Shown piece after piece: positions 28,653-42,438 of a stretch of 64,000 bases of DNA (position 1 is its first letter; each line of letters begins with the position of its first letter). Below the pieces are notes generated by a model. That model worked only from the letters and a program-made list of their open reading frames with translations, was not told the origin of the DNA and made no database searches. The DNA is from Paramecium tetraurelia (Eukaryota): NCBI GenBank assembly GCA_000165425.1, contig CT868174.1, positions 1 to 64,000 on the forward strand, read 5' to 3'. Made by a program: the position numbers and the translations under genes.

Positions 28653-31522
28653 TCAGTTATCTTGATCCCAACTGTGAAGATCTAATGATATTTTTTATCC
28701 CTAGTAAAAGTCTTATTGAGGACTATATTAATAAGTATTGTATTTGTTATGGCATCTCTTCTCGTTTGAATTTAAATTTGGCCATTGTCCCAAACTCTAA
28801 AATTATTTACTGTCTTAATGTGTTTAGTGATTTCTCTAAACTTTATGTTTCTGTTATTCTACATCATCTGACTCTTTTAATAGTTCTTCTATAAATCTAA
28901 CATTAGCATCAAGTTCGTGGTGACTGTTTTCTTCCTAAATCATAAAAAAGTCTTTATTTTAAGGGTAGGTTTGAAATGATTGAAATGTCAAGGATTGAGA
29001 TTACACATCTCCAATCATTTGACTAGGATTCTACATACCTGCTAAAAAGCCTAAATTATAAATCTAAAATTACTATCAGCTTTAATAATTTAGCTACTAC
29101 TATTACTTTATTATTGAGCATAACTTGGAAGTGTAGTCGACTGAGATTTTTAATGATGAATTCCAAGTTGCATTTTCTATTGTGGAATGGCAGACCTAAA
29201 AGATGAATATCCCTTTGGATATATGATGCATCCTTTCATCTTAATCATGACATCACAATAGTTTTCAGCGTATTTTACCATATATTCTTCAAAAGTTGAA
29301 CAGCCAAATTGTGTATATTCAAACGTGTTTTAAATATGTAGTTAAAGTATTTGTAGAAGTTAAGATGCTGGAATTCCATTACTATACTAATTAAGGATTT
29401 ATTTTAAGGCTTGCTATAAATTAAGATCAATATTTACTTCAATTTTTAATTAATATTCAGACACATGGATTGGAGATAGAAACTAAATCTGTTGCTACTA
29501 TTATTATTATTATTGCTATATTTGTTGTTATTATAGCTACTGGTTAGATGAACTTTGTTATTATTACAACGATTACTTTTAAAAATATTTAAGATCGATT
29601 TTGACTTATTGCATTTATTGATCATCCTCTTATTCTTATTTCATATCATTAATGTCATCATAATACTCATCTAAAATAAGTGAAGCATACGTAGTCCCAT
29701 CATTTATAATACTAATCCCATCAATACCTTGTATTAGACATTTCAATTTAGTGAATCCCAGTTCATGCAAATCAAATGTAAATTAAATTTTGCGTTAAAT
29801 CATCTTTGGCAATCTTGCTAAACTAACACCTTTAGTGTATTCATTTAGAATATCTATTATTGCTTATTGAACAGCTTTTAATTTGTTTTATTTTTCATGC
29901 TATTGTTATTATTTATCAACAGAAAGTTATTGATTTTCCTCATTTCCTAAAATATTTTAAAGGATGAATTAATCTTAAAATTAATCATCAAAAATGTTTA
30001 AGAAATCGTTGAAATCAAAAGCTATATTAGTATTTGGTTTAATTAATAAGGTTTTATAGTATATTAGGACATTCCTGTTAATGGCTTCCTATATCATTAG
30101 ACATAAAACACCTAGAGAACAAACTCTTAATTCTAGTGGACCACAACATTTTAAAAGCTATGCACATCCATATTTACCTCCAGGTATAGCCTTTTGAATA
30201 GATTTTGGTGGTTTAATTTAACTCTTTTTACTTCTTTTTCTATTTATATTAATCAGATAATACTTTTATGTAACATTGGAAGAATAGCTTTGATTGTGAT
30301 ATTATTCCTAACTCTTTTGGCCATTTTGTAATCCAGATTCAACACTTCTAATCCACTTAGAATTATCTTAGTTTTTTTAAGTAGGTACTGATTGCGTTCC
30401 ACTTTATTTGGATGACTATGACTAATAATCAGATTAATTTAAATCTCCAAATGACTAAGTGTTTTGACTTGTATTTAAGGTAAGATTGGTGTCAAAAAAA
30501 TCTTTTAAAAATTATATAAATGATCTCCATTAACTCTTATAAATGGAACTCATTTATTATGCATCCATCATTTTCCAATTGATATTGTCTTCTATTGTAA
30601 ATAATAGTAATGATTCATTATTAATTTATTAAGATGCTGATAGAGAAGCATTATTATTTTCTGACTTATTCACTAAATCAATTGGACACTTAGTCATTTT
30701 TATTATGCATTTTTCATCAATCCATTTATTCTGTTTATATTTTTTTACATTAAACTAAATTAGTCCATTAGAGTTTTGCAACTTATAGAATCCAGCCAAA
30801 TAATGGTTCCAATCTTAAATATTGAGTTTTAAACCATAGCATTCCTTAATTCTACTCATTACTAATTTATCGGTTGGAGTCATCTCATCCTTCCTAATAT
30901 TTAATAAAACCCAATATAATGATTATAAACTGATATGATCTAACTGAAGACTAATAAACTAAATTGGGTCACTATCCCCAAATTTTCTGATAGTAACATT
31001 AATCATTTTCAATTTCTCTAATTATTATATGACATCTTTTGATCTAAATGTTAATTGATTCTTACTGATTGATTTTATAGATTTCATTCTATTTTAAAAA
31101 TTTCTAAAAGTCGTTTAAATGAATCATAAGGTCTCCTTTATTAGCCTATTTGAATAAGTGATGCTCAATTTTAGCTAAAAGAGAACTTTAATAAAAGGAT
31201 AAAAATACTCATTCTAAAAAATCATAGGTGTTTCTGCTTAGATATTAATTAGATTGAAGTTAACAACATCGACAGATGGCAAACTGCTATTTATTTATTT
31301 AAATCTTTCCTTGTGTTGTTCATGTCTAATCACATGAGCATCCTATTTAATTTTGTTTGATTCAATCGAATCTGATGATTCAATTAGTTCTCGAGAATGA
31401 TAAACTCTTTTTCCTTTATTATGTATTTTTTTGTCGCATTGCTCGCATAGAATTTGACCACATTAATTACAATTTATCTTGGCTCTCGTTTCTTCACATT
31501 CATCACAATATTTTTGTTGCAT
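28653..31522 (-). CDS. B-box zinc finger + two OST-HTH/LOTUS domain protein
   Basis: MQQKYCDECEETRAKINCNQCGQILCEQCDKKIHNKGKRVYHSR (B-box); GGKYGCAQLLKCCGP; GVSLARLPKMIQRKIQFTFDLHELGFTKLKCLI and GIPASQLLQILQLHIQNTFEYTQFGCSTFEEYM (LOTUS-like). Confidence 0.78.
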
Positions 31523-31540
31523 TTAATTTATAATATATAA

Positions 31541-32552
31541 TCATGATGTAATTGCTTTATTGATGAAACTTGAAATTGAATTAAAGTACTTTTCTGGTTC
31601 TCTAAACCAATTATTATTATGATCACCATCTTCGATCACAAACTTTAAAATAATAGAAGGAAATACCTTTTCAATAAATTTGGCTCTTTAGGCTGCATTT
31701 TGTAATGATGCCATATGTTGCGCTGGTACTACTTCATCTTACATTGCTAAAATCAAATAATCATCTTTAATTACAATAAATAAACAGTATTGGTTATGTA
31801 ATCTGACCAACTTTTTAAATTGACAACCAACGATTTTAAAGAAGAAATGATTTGAAAAACTTCAATTTAGGAAAGATGACATCAACCATATCATCTATTG
31901 ATGTAAAAGTATTTTCTAATATTACACCTCTGATGCCTTTTGCAATATTTTAAATCATAGCATGACAGGCAACAGCTCCACCTAAAGATTTACCATGCAC
32001 AAATATTTTTGAGTGATCAATATCATTTCTATGAAATAAATAATTAACAATAGCCTCTCCATCTATTTAAAGACCTTATTCCGAGGGCTTTCCTGTACTA
32101 TCTGAATATCCTCTATATGCAATGATCAAGATATTGCATTTGACGTTGGCAAAATATAGCTCTAAAAATTGTAATCTAGCTCCGATATCTGAAATGAATA
32201 TTAACTTCTAAAATACTTCCAGCATTTTCATGAAAAAATATCACGGTAGGTGCATTTGAACTGTCATTCTATTTAATGAACCATCCTTTTAATTTTTATC
32301 TATCTTGTGTTCCAATCTCTACATCTTCATATTATAAATTTCTCTCAGAAGGATTTCTGAGTCCATTCATATTTTAACTAGGACTTTGTGATGATCCTTA
32401 AAATGCTTGATAAATTAGTACGAATGTATACCTGGTAAATAAATTAATGAGTTTTGTTGGAAGTAGAGTAACGCCAAGATTCCAATTGTCAACATTAATG
32501 CAACAATGACAATATTACCAAATAATGATAATAAGCTATAAAAAAACCCCAT
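31541..32552 (-). CDS. Alpha/beta hydrolase, ABHD13/Bem46-like
   Basis: N-terminal TM then YFQQNSLIYLP; FFHENAG, YRGYSDSTGKPSEQGLQIDG, HGKSLGGAVA (GxSxG), ENTF, QDEVVPAQHM, GDHNNNW. Confidence 0.9.
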
Positions 32553-32586
32553 TAGTTATTTTATTTAATAAATTATAAATCTATAA

Positions 32587-33569
32587 TCATTTTATTAATA
32601 ATTGTGAGCATAAAGTATTACAAATTTCGATGTTTAAAGTCTATGAATTGTTGTTTCTGGATATATATTGAATAATATACTTATTTTTTAAATCAAATTT
32701 TGCCAAATAGGTTTTTCTTAATATTGGGCAGGCATTCTCAAGGAAAGCCACTTAAAAGGTTGAATTTTATCCAAAAAGAAAAGTACTGAAAATTATTTGT
32801 GAGTTTTTTAGAAGAAATAAACCTTTAGCTTAGATTTTTTACAATTACCTTGAAGTATTTTCACATCCTCTGAATCATCTAATTCAAAATTGAAAATTGT
32901 ATACACAATCCATGGTAATGAAAAGATTAATATTATTGGGCAGTATAAAATCTCTAAGTATAATTTGGCCTAAATTTATTCTATATTCTTTACAAGTTTA
33001 CAATTCAAGTGAACTCTTATGATATGATAGGTGATTATTCCAATGAATATTATTGTTAAAATCGATTATATTGCCCAGAATAATTTAGTTGAAACTTGAG
33101 TGAGTGTATCAAGTTGACATATATTTACTTTAACAAAAATTAATGATGATGCGATTATTGGCAATCCAAATGCAATTATAGCTTAGAGCTGGATTTAATA
33201 ATTAATACTGCAAATTAATTAGTCTTTAGATATTCCAAAGCCGTCTAAATTGGGTATCTAGTGAGTAAACAACTTTTTTATAAAATCAAGATGGTCCATA
33301 GAAAACTTGAAAGAGTCAAACATTATTCTAAAAACAATGTCCAAACACACATTTAATTGCTAAAGTCAAGAATTAATAGTATGGTGACTTAAAATCATTA
33401 AGTTTTATTTACTTATAGATTACATCAAATTAGTATATAAGATCCCCAATTCCAATTGATATAGCTTCATCGTATAATGAATCGAAATGTCGAGTATGAA
33501 GAATAAAGAAGAAGCCAATCCAATACTTGCTTCAATTATAATCGGAATTCCTATTTCATAGTTTTGCAT
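32587..33569 (-). CDS. Seven-transmembrane GPCR-like protein (cAR/Git3-like)
   Basis: Four tiny introns give one frame. TM3-like MCVWTLFLEQCLTLSSFLWTILIL, TM4 IIAFGLPIIASSLIF, loop Cys (NICQL), TM6 LYCPIILIFSLPWIV, TM7 LKNSQIIFSTFLFGQN. Confidence 0.65.
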
Positions 33570-33770
33570 TAACCAAATTTTATAAATTGTATGATATTTT
33601 TATTATTTTAAATTCTAAAACAATCAAACAAATAAAATGCTTTTATTTATCCCTAATTATCTCAACGTGATTTCTAAACTTTTGTATATTGAGAAATGAC
33701 AATTAAATTACTATTTATTTGAATAAAATTATCAATACTGGTGTATTAATTTAAATTAAAAATATACGCT

Positions 33771-35233
<1,463 letters not shown>

Positions 35234-35258
35234 GAGAATATCTATAAATACATATTTA

Positions 35259-36146
35259 TCAAATATCAAAATCATCATCATTAGGTTTTTTCGAAGATTT
35301 TGCGGTCTCTTATGTCTTTTCAGCATTCAACGGTTTGTATTTTTATTAAAATATCTAACTTCTCGTACTACATGAAGTAAATGGCTTAACTCTTTGCATG
35401 CCATTCAATTTTGATTTAATTGATTCTCTACTCATTTATCTATAGTCAGTTGAATCCTGCAGAAACAGGATTAGGTAGATATTAGACTTAATGAATAGGA
35501 TTTAATTCTACATGGACATGAGTCCTATCGAAAATAGGTCTACTAAATTCACCTCCAACTACTTTTGTTGGTTAAACATATAATACTTTTTTCCTGGATG
35601 ATATAAAATATTGTACTATTAGAGTCGTTGATATTTTTCAACTTAAGATTCTTCATGTTCTATGTGATGGTATGCTTTGAATTCCTCAAAATAGGTAGGA
35701 ACTCCTGGTGCATAACTAAAAGGCTATCCTGGATAATGTTTAAAGTTTCTCTTTTTAAACTCTTGCCAATATTATTTTTTATTAGGGAAATCGAATTCTT
35801 TCAACCATCTTTTAGTTTTATCATACGTATTTAACACAGTGTCTTCCTAAAATAAAGATGATTAATACAGGAAACTTAAGAATAGGGAATTCAGGCTAGA
35901 AATACTCCAGAGCTTTGTTGGCTTTTCTAAAATCTTCGGAATGATGTACTGTTCCATCAGATTTAAGCATTCTGTCTTTTTTAATATCTTCAATTCTTCT
36001 GCCAATATGAGAGACTTTCTTTTCTCAACACTATATTATCGAAATTCTTTTTATTATTATTTTAATATTGATCGGATTTGATCTTGGTTCAGCGATACTT
36101 CAATTAACTCTATTACTTTTTTTTCAGTTGCATTGTTTCCTTACAT
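35259..36146 (-). CDS. Hypothetical protein
   Basis: Code-6 ORF ..KRWLKEFDFPNKKQYWQEFKKRNFKHYPGQPFSYAPGVPTYFEEFKAYHH..; 5' exon structure ambiguous (two frames plausible near 35900-36020). Confidence 0.55.
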
Positions 36147-36377
36147 ATTTACAAAATGTTGTTTATTAATATATATAAATATTAATTAATAGTTGAGAGC
36201 GGAACAATATCTCTCGAAAACCAAGGTGAAGTAATATTTACCTTAAGTACAATTAATGATAAAAACTACGATAAAATCAAATAAAGAAAATGGGATAAGA
36301 TACTAGTCGTTTTCAAATAAATAAATGATTAATATGTAATATATACTTTTTATTTATATGTTTATCATTATCTGATA

Positions 36378-36981
36378 TCATTATTTTCCGTATTCTTTTT
36401 GGGTCATTAGATTGTAAAAATCATCAAAAGTAACAAAACCATCATCATCTAAATCTGCCTTTTTGAACATATGTTAGATCTCCTCATCTGTCATTTCTTC
36501 TCCCAAGTCTTATGCTACTCTCTTTAATTCATCCCAGGTGATGCGACCTTAATATATAATTCCCTTATACCTTCCTTGTTCCAATCATACAGATTGAAGA
36601 CTTTTTGGATTTATTCTCTGGTATCTTTATCACTAACCTTTGCTGTAGCTAAATGCAAAAACTCTTCAAAATCAATTCCTCCACTATTATCAGTATCTAA
36701 TTCTCCCAATACTTAATAAATAAATTTATTGTGGTAGGTTTTGATTCCTGAAGCTTCAAAGGCTTCTCTTAATTCTTATGGATCGATTGATCCAGATCCA
36801 TCGTTATCAAAAATGTCAAATGCTTGTTTTACTTCCAAGACTTCCTCCTTTGTTAGATGAGGTGGTTTGGCAAAATCTTCAGCATTAAAAGGTTTAGGTC
36901 CTTTTTAAGGAGGAGGGGGGGGGAAGGAGCCCTTCTTGGGAATCGACTTTTTTAAGCAGAGGATGGAGCCTATCTAGACAT
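36378..36981 (-). CDS. Centrin (infraciliary-lattice type), 4 EF-hands; one-base frame break in 5' homopolymers
   Basis: LTKEEVLEVKQAFDIFDNDGSGSIDPQEL, LDTDNSGGIDFEEFL, ELKRVAQDLGEEMTDEEIQHMFKKADLDDDGFVTFDDF; Pro-rich N-terminus. Confidence 0.92.
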
Positions 36982-37405
36982 TTTTATTTATTTTTATTTA
37001 TATTATAATTAGATACTAAGGGGAAGAATTTATATATGATTTGAAATTATTGGTTTTTTATATAATCAACTTTGATTTTCATATATTCTTTTCTTTTGCT
37101 GTAAATTCACAATTCAAGATTTTGGACTCAATAATACCATCATCGAGGCAAGACAGGAGGAAAATATGCTTCCAATTTCAAAAGTAAAATTAACTATAAT
37201 TCTGTTCTGCTGTTACAAATTCATAATAACCTATATTTGAATTTGTAAGATCATTTTAAATTAAGGTGGCAATTGATCCTCCAATCCTTTTAAGAACTAA
37301 CTCTAGAATCAAGGGAACAAAATGATTATACTAGTGTGATAATACTCATTATTAATACTAAATTCTTAACTTTTATTTTAAGTGAGTAAAATAACAAATT
37401 TCTAA

Positions 37406-38421
37406 ATGGAAACACATGGTAGCATTCCTAATTACGAAATTACAAGGGTTATTGGTTCAGGGGCTTTCGGTACAGAGTTTTAGTTATTTCATAGGTTATG
37501 TTTTCGAAGCAATTGATACTAAGAGACACTAAAAAGTAGCCCTAAAAAGAATGCAAAAAGTGGGTAAAATATCAAGCAGAGAATGTGATATATTGATGCA
37601 ATTGAAATCGTGTCCAAATGTTGTTAAATTGATAGTATGATTAATGAAATAGCAAGGATGTTTTCTACAGCAGAAGTGAAGATAATAAAATGGTTTAAAA
37701 CATCATACTAGAATTTATGGATCAAAATTTAGAAAATATTATAATTGATCATAGAAAAAGAAAGGAATATTTTGATGCAAAAACACTTAAGAACTATCTT
37801 CATTAGATGCTCAAAGGTCTTGATTAGATTCATAAAAAGCATATTGCTCATCGGGACTTAAAACCGTAAATTCTTGATCTTTATTGAAATAGAGAAAATG
37901 TGTTGATTCAAGATGGAACTCTTAAATTATGTGATTTTGGAAGTGCTAAAGAAATGACTGGAACAGCTGTGAATACACCTTATATTGTTTCCAGATTTTA
38001 CAGAGCTCCTGAATTATTGCTAGGCGTCACTACTTACACTGAATCCATTGATATTTGGGCTTTCGGTTGTATAATGGCTGAATTAGCATTATTGGAACCC
38101 TTTTTTATTGGCAAATCTGAAGGAGATCAATTATTTTAAATACTCAAAATAATGGGATCCTTTACAGAGGAAGATCTTAAATATTTCGAAAGAGTGGTTC
38201 CTTTTGACATCAATTTATTTCAGGAGTTTCCTGAATACAAAGCCATTAATTTGAATGATAAATTTAGTAATGTCGAGGATAGAGAAAATTTTGTAGACTT
38301 GCTAAAGTATTAATTTATGTTAGTTATCATTAGAAAACTACTGAAATATATACCTGAATAAAGACCTAGTGCAAGTTAAGCTTTGCAACACTAATATTTT
38401 AAAGATATTTTAGATTAGTGA
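37406..38421 (+). CDS. GSK3-like (CMGC) protein kinase
   Basis: IGSGAFG, VALK, AHRDLKP, LKLCDFGSAK, NTPYIVSRFYRAPELLLG, DIWAFGC; four tiny introns; TGA 38419-38421. Confidence 0.9.
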
Positions 38422-38448
38422 TATATCAAAATTGTTTTTAATTAAATC

Positions 38449-38994
38449 ATGATATCCTCTGATACAGTCTCTAATACACTACTTGTTTCCATGAATCAAT
38501 ATCATCGATAGACTAATATTAATTTACTTTTTAGATTATTTATTTTATTTTTTCTTGTTTATAATATGGCTATTTCCAGTCATTTTAGAAGAAAGAATCC
38601 ATTTAAACTTTCGTTCTAAGTTGAATTTTATTAATACCGATATTCGGTGATTGCAATTTGATCAGACTGAAGATTTTATTATGATTTTTGATTAATTAAA
38701 TCAATCCATTCATTTCTTTGGGTTAATTATAACCTAGAACGATAACTAGTTTAAGGAGTTTAGACCTAAACATTATCTTTCTATTTTGATTGTTAATTTC
38801 TTTTACTCGCTGTAGTATGTAAAGATGTACTTGGAGTTTTCTTTGATTTTTGTAGTTCTTTCAGAACAAATGTTAGAGAACTTAAATTCTACGCCTTCAA
38901 CTTGTTGCAAACTAGATTGGCTCTTCTATTGATAAACATAAAAGCAATACTAATAAATGTTCACCAATTTAGGCTTCTGAGTTTGTTGATCCAT
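38449..38994 (-). CDS. Hypothetical protein (3' end uncertain)
   Basis: ATG 38994 MDQQTQKPKLVNIY, probable 25-nt intron, then S/T/Q-rich code-6 frame. Confidence 0.4.
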
Positions 38995-39036
38995 TTTTAA
39001 TATTAATATATTTATATAAATAAATAATATTTAGTA

Positions 39037-42000
39037 TCATAATATTCCCCAGGCATTCTATCCCTTTCTGTTTAAGATATGCGTGCTCCCCCCTGATTCC
39101 ATTAGCAAATCCGCAATCTTGTAGTGCCCATATGCCAAAGCCAAATGAACTGCAGTATTGCCATCATCCTTCTTTAGTAATACTATACATTTTAAATATC
39201 GATGTCTGCACCCCTCTTTATGAGCTCGTGAACAATCTCAATACATCCACACTAGGCAGCCATAATTAGAAAAGTATTCCCGTTCTATAAAGGAGTATCT
39301 AGTTAGGTTTCTGGAATGAACTAGATATTATCAATAAACTAATATTCTTAATTCAATACTTCAGTGTAATTATGATCATAGATGGCCAACTTAATCTATT
39401 AGATTTATTCTAATTTTTATCTTCTTGAAGACTCCTTGATGTGAGTTCTCATTCTCAATGAATTCATGTACATACTCAAGCAATTCTTAAATTATTCAAA
39501 CAAATACCGCATTGTTTTTTAAATGATGAGAGTTGTATACTTCACACAAGTCTTGCTGAGAATCTTCATCCAGAGAACGTAAATTCCGACCAGATTATAT
39601 TTAATTTGATGCTTAGGTAACATGTTATTGTTATGTTTGCGACGTTTTTACAACTTAACCAGATTAAGGAGTTTTTATAACTTAACCAGATTAAGGAGTT
39701 TCTTCTTAAGGAGAACTTAATGAAGAACTCATATCCTATTAAGAACTATTCAAATCAATGTGTTTGGAACTCATAACTCGAAACACAGATTATTGTGAGG
39801 TTTAGGTAGGTTTTGTTATTAAAATAGTTGAAGTTTGAGTGAATAAATTTGAGTTCTATTAATTTGACTATTATAAAGTATTTGATAAATCACCAGATTG
39901 CATAGCCTTTCTATTCCACTATTGTAGTTAATTTACTTGAAGAGATTCCTATTTTGTAAGATATCTTTAAGATTATTAAGGCATCTTCCCTCCTGTCTAA
40001 TTTTTCTTATTGATTGAATCTTTACCAGAATCTTTATTAGAACTTTTTTTTTGACTTTTAATTTATGAGGTTTGTTGTTGCTATTGAATAGATGAGGATT
40101 GATCATTTGTTTCCAATTATTCTTAAATCGTTGTCTAAACAACAGGATCTTAATGTTCAAAATCTATTATTCTGGTTGAACAGAGATATCTCCCAATTAA
40201 GATCTAAGAATATCTCATTACAATTGCCTAAAAGGCCATAGAATTCAATTTAGAATTTTTCTAAAATTTTAACAATTTCTAAATTGCAATTTAATCCTTA
40301 TCCTAAACCAATTCCATCGGAAATTCTTCGCAAACAGAAGCACTGTAACTTAACAAAATGTTTTTGGCTGAAGATTCCAAAATATTTAAAATTGGCTAAA
40401 TAGTTAACGGTGTATGAAAGGTTTCACGAATCTTCTTTAATATAACTAGCGTCCCTGTAGATAGCTCTATGAATTAATTAATTTTTTACATTTCTAATCA
40501 GTTGGTTAGTCATTAAAGTAGTGAGTTTAATCATTTTGCTAGTTTGATGTTTCTTTAATAGATTTTTTTCGTTTAGAAGTCTTTTTATTTTTTGATGATG
40601 GTTCTAGCTATAATTTATTTAAATTGTTACTTATGGGATTCAAGGGACTCTCCAACAATTTATCTAAGGATACATCAGATTCTGAATCATCACTCGATTC
40701 TGTATTATCATTTGATGTTTCATTTTCATAATCAAAGATCAACTCTTCAGATTCTATTTCATATTTCGACAACCTTAAACCCAAAAATTAGATTTTTTCT
40801 GTTAATGATTCATTCGTAACTTTTCTCTATCTCATTCCCTACTCTATTGTTGACATCATGGTGAAAGCAGTGTTCATTAGTAAATTGCTATTCGGAGATG
40901 CAAAATTTGATCTAAAATTTTATTCAATTTCTTCTAAATTATCTCTCGTATAATTGGATTTCTATATCAGTTTATATAACTTGTTTTGATAATAAACTCG
41001 GACGTATAACCCAGGCTATTAATCTAATATGTATGAATACTTTATTGAATTCATTTTACTACTCAAGTTTTGATACATCATCCTATGTCACTCCTTATTG
41101 AACTGATAATCTCGATTATCTTTTTGTTTTTACATTGACTAAAGTTGAATTATAATCCAATTTTTTAGTTGAGGCAAGTTATAGATGATTACTTGAAGAT
41201 AGCTAAGAGATCGGAAGGATTCTTGGAGTTAGTTTTGGTGAAATATTTTATAATTGCGATATTTCTTCATTAAAGAGGATATTTTTATGATAAATATGCT
41301 TCGGTTTATTAAATTAGTAGACTGCCTTGTCCACGTTTTCAAAGGTTACTGTTAAATTTATTTATACTCTTTCAGATTCTTTGATATCTTTCTAATTGAA
41401 TTGGAGTTCTTCATTCTTTTCATTTACCTTGTCCGAGATTCCTAATTGAAGATTAGTATGTAATTTCGAAACAAAACTTGCAGATTTCCTTTAAGATTTT
41501 GGAAGTAAAGAAAAAGATTCCAATTGTAACATATTTCTAGAATTTGTTCCATGTATTAAGTTAATCTTTCTTTAGAATGCCTTAGTTGATACACTAAACT
41601 GCTCAACATTTATGAAACGAGACTGTCTATTGATATCCTTTGTTTTGATGCACTATTTCCTATTGGCATCTTTTTTCATTTGTATTAATTTGGATGCTAG
41701 CACCTAATTACCAGGTTCGAATTTAATTTGGATGGATTTTCTCTCCTTTTCATGGTAAGTATTAAACTCGTTGGATATAAGAAGATTAAATAATGACTAA
41801 TTATATAAGATAATACTTTCCTAGGAGGAGTGCGAAACGATTTTTGGACTGCCGATTTAAAACGTGACTTGAGGGAGAGTTTACTTATCGATAGTAAGTC
41901 TTCTTAGTTCTGTGTGATATCGGAAGCATGGAGTAAATTATGGGACTTATTCAAAATTAATTACTTATCATCTACACTTTTTTCGCCATTAGTTCTTCCT

Positions 42001-42425
42001 TCATCACTATGTTCCTCAATTGCAGCAGTTGGTTCTGTCATGATATTTATATAAGGCATTCTTTATACTTCTATTTTAGGTTCAGGTGTCAGTTTGGGAA
42101 GTATTGGAATGCGAATTTAAGGTTGTTTTTTTGAAATGTACAAGTAAGGTGTAGTGGAATGCTCCGAAACGTATTTGACTCTTTCTACATTCTTCTTTTA
42201 AATTTTGCGATCCTCATGCAAGGTCACAATCTTGGATCTGGGAGATACTAAATCGGATTTCTTTGGATTCTTTTGATGTGATATGAAACTCATCTTGGTG
42301 GGAATTGATTGGACTGATCTGATTGATTGATTTTGAGAGAGAAAGCTAGTTAAAAAGCTAGGGTTCTCTTTGGGACTTAGGAAGCTTCCATGAGATGATA
42401 AAGAAAATGGATTAGCATAATTCAT
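39037..42425 (-). CDS. Large low-complexity protein with C-terminal ankyrin repeats
   Basis: MNYANPFSLSSHGSF..; tiny introns near 41800, 41030, 40480, 39490, 39350 and 39180; ends EIVHELIKRGADIDIQNDDGNTAVHLALAYGHYKIADLLMESGGSTHILNRKGQNAWGIL*. Confidence 0.75.
39652..39701. repeat. 27-bp-period tandem duplication inside the CDS (TPQSGQV[I/V]K x2)
   Basis: aacttaaccagattaaggagttt occurs twice, 27 bp apart, preserving frame. Confidence 0.85.
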
Positions 42426-42438
42426 TTATAAAAATTAT

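Noticed and set aside
36909..36930. G-rich run as telomeric repeat or G-quadruplex element
   Set aside because: It is the antisense of poly-Pro codons in the centrin N-terminus, not a G3T3/G4T2 telomeric array.
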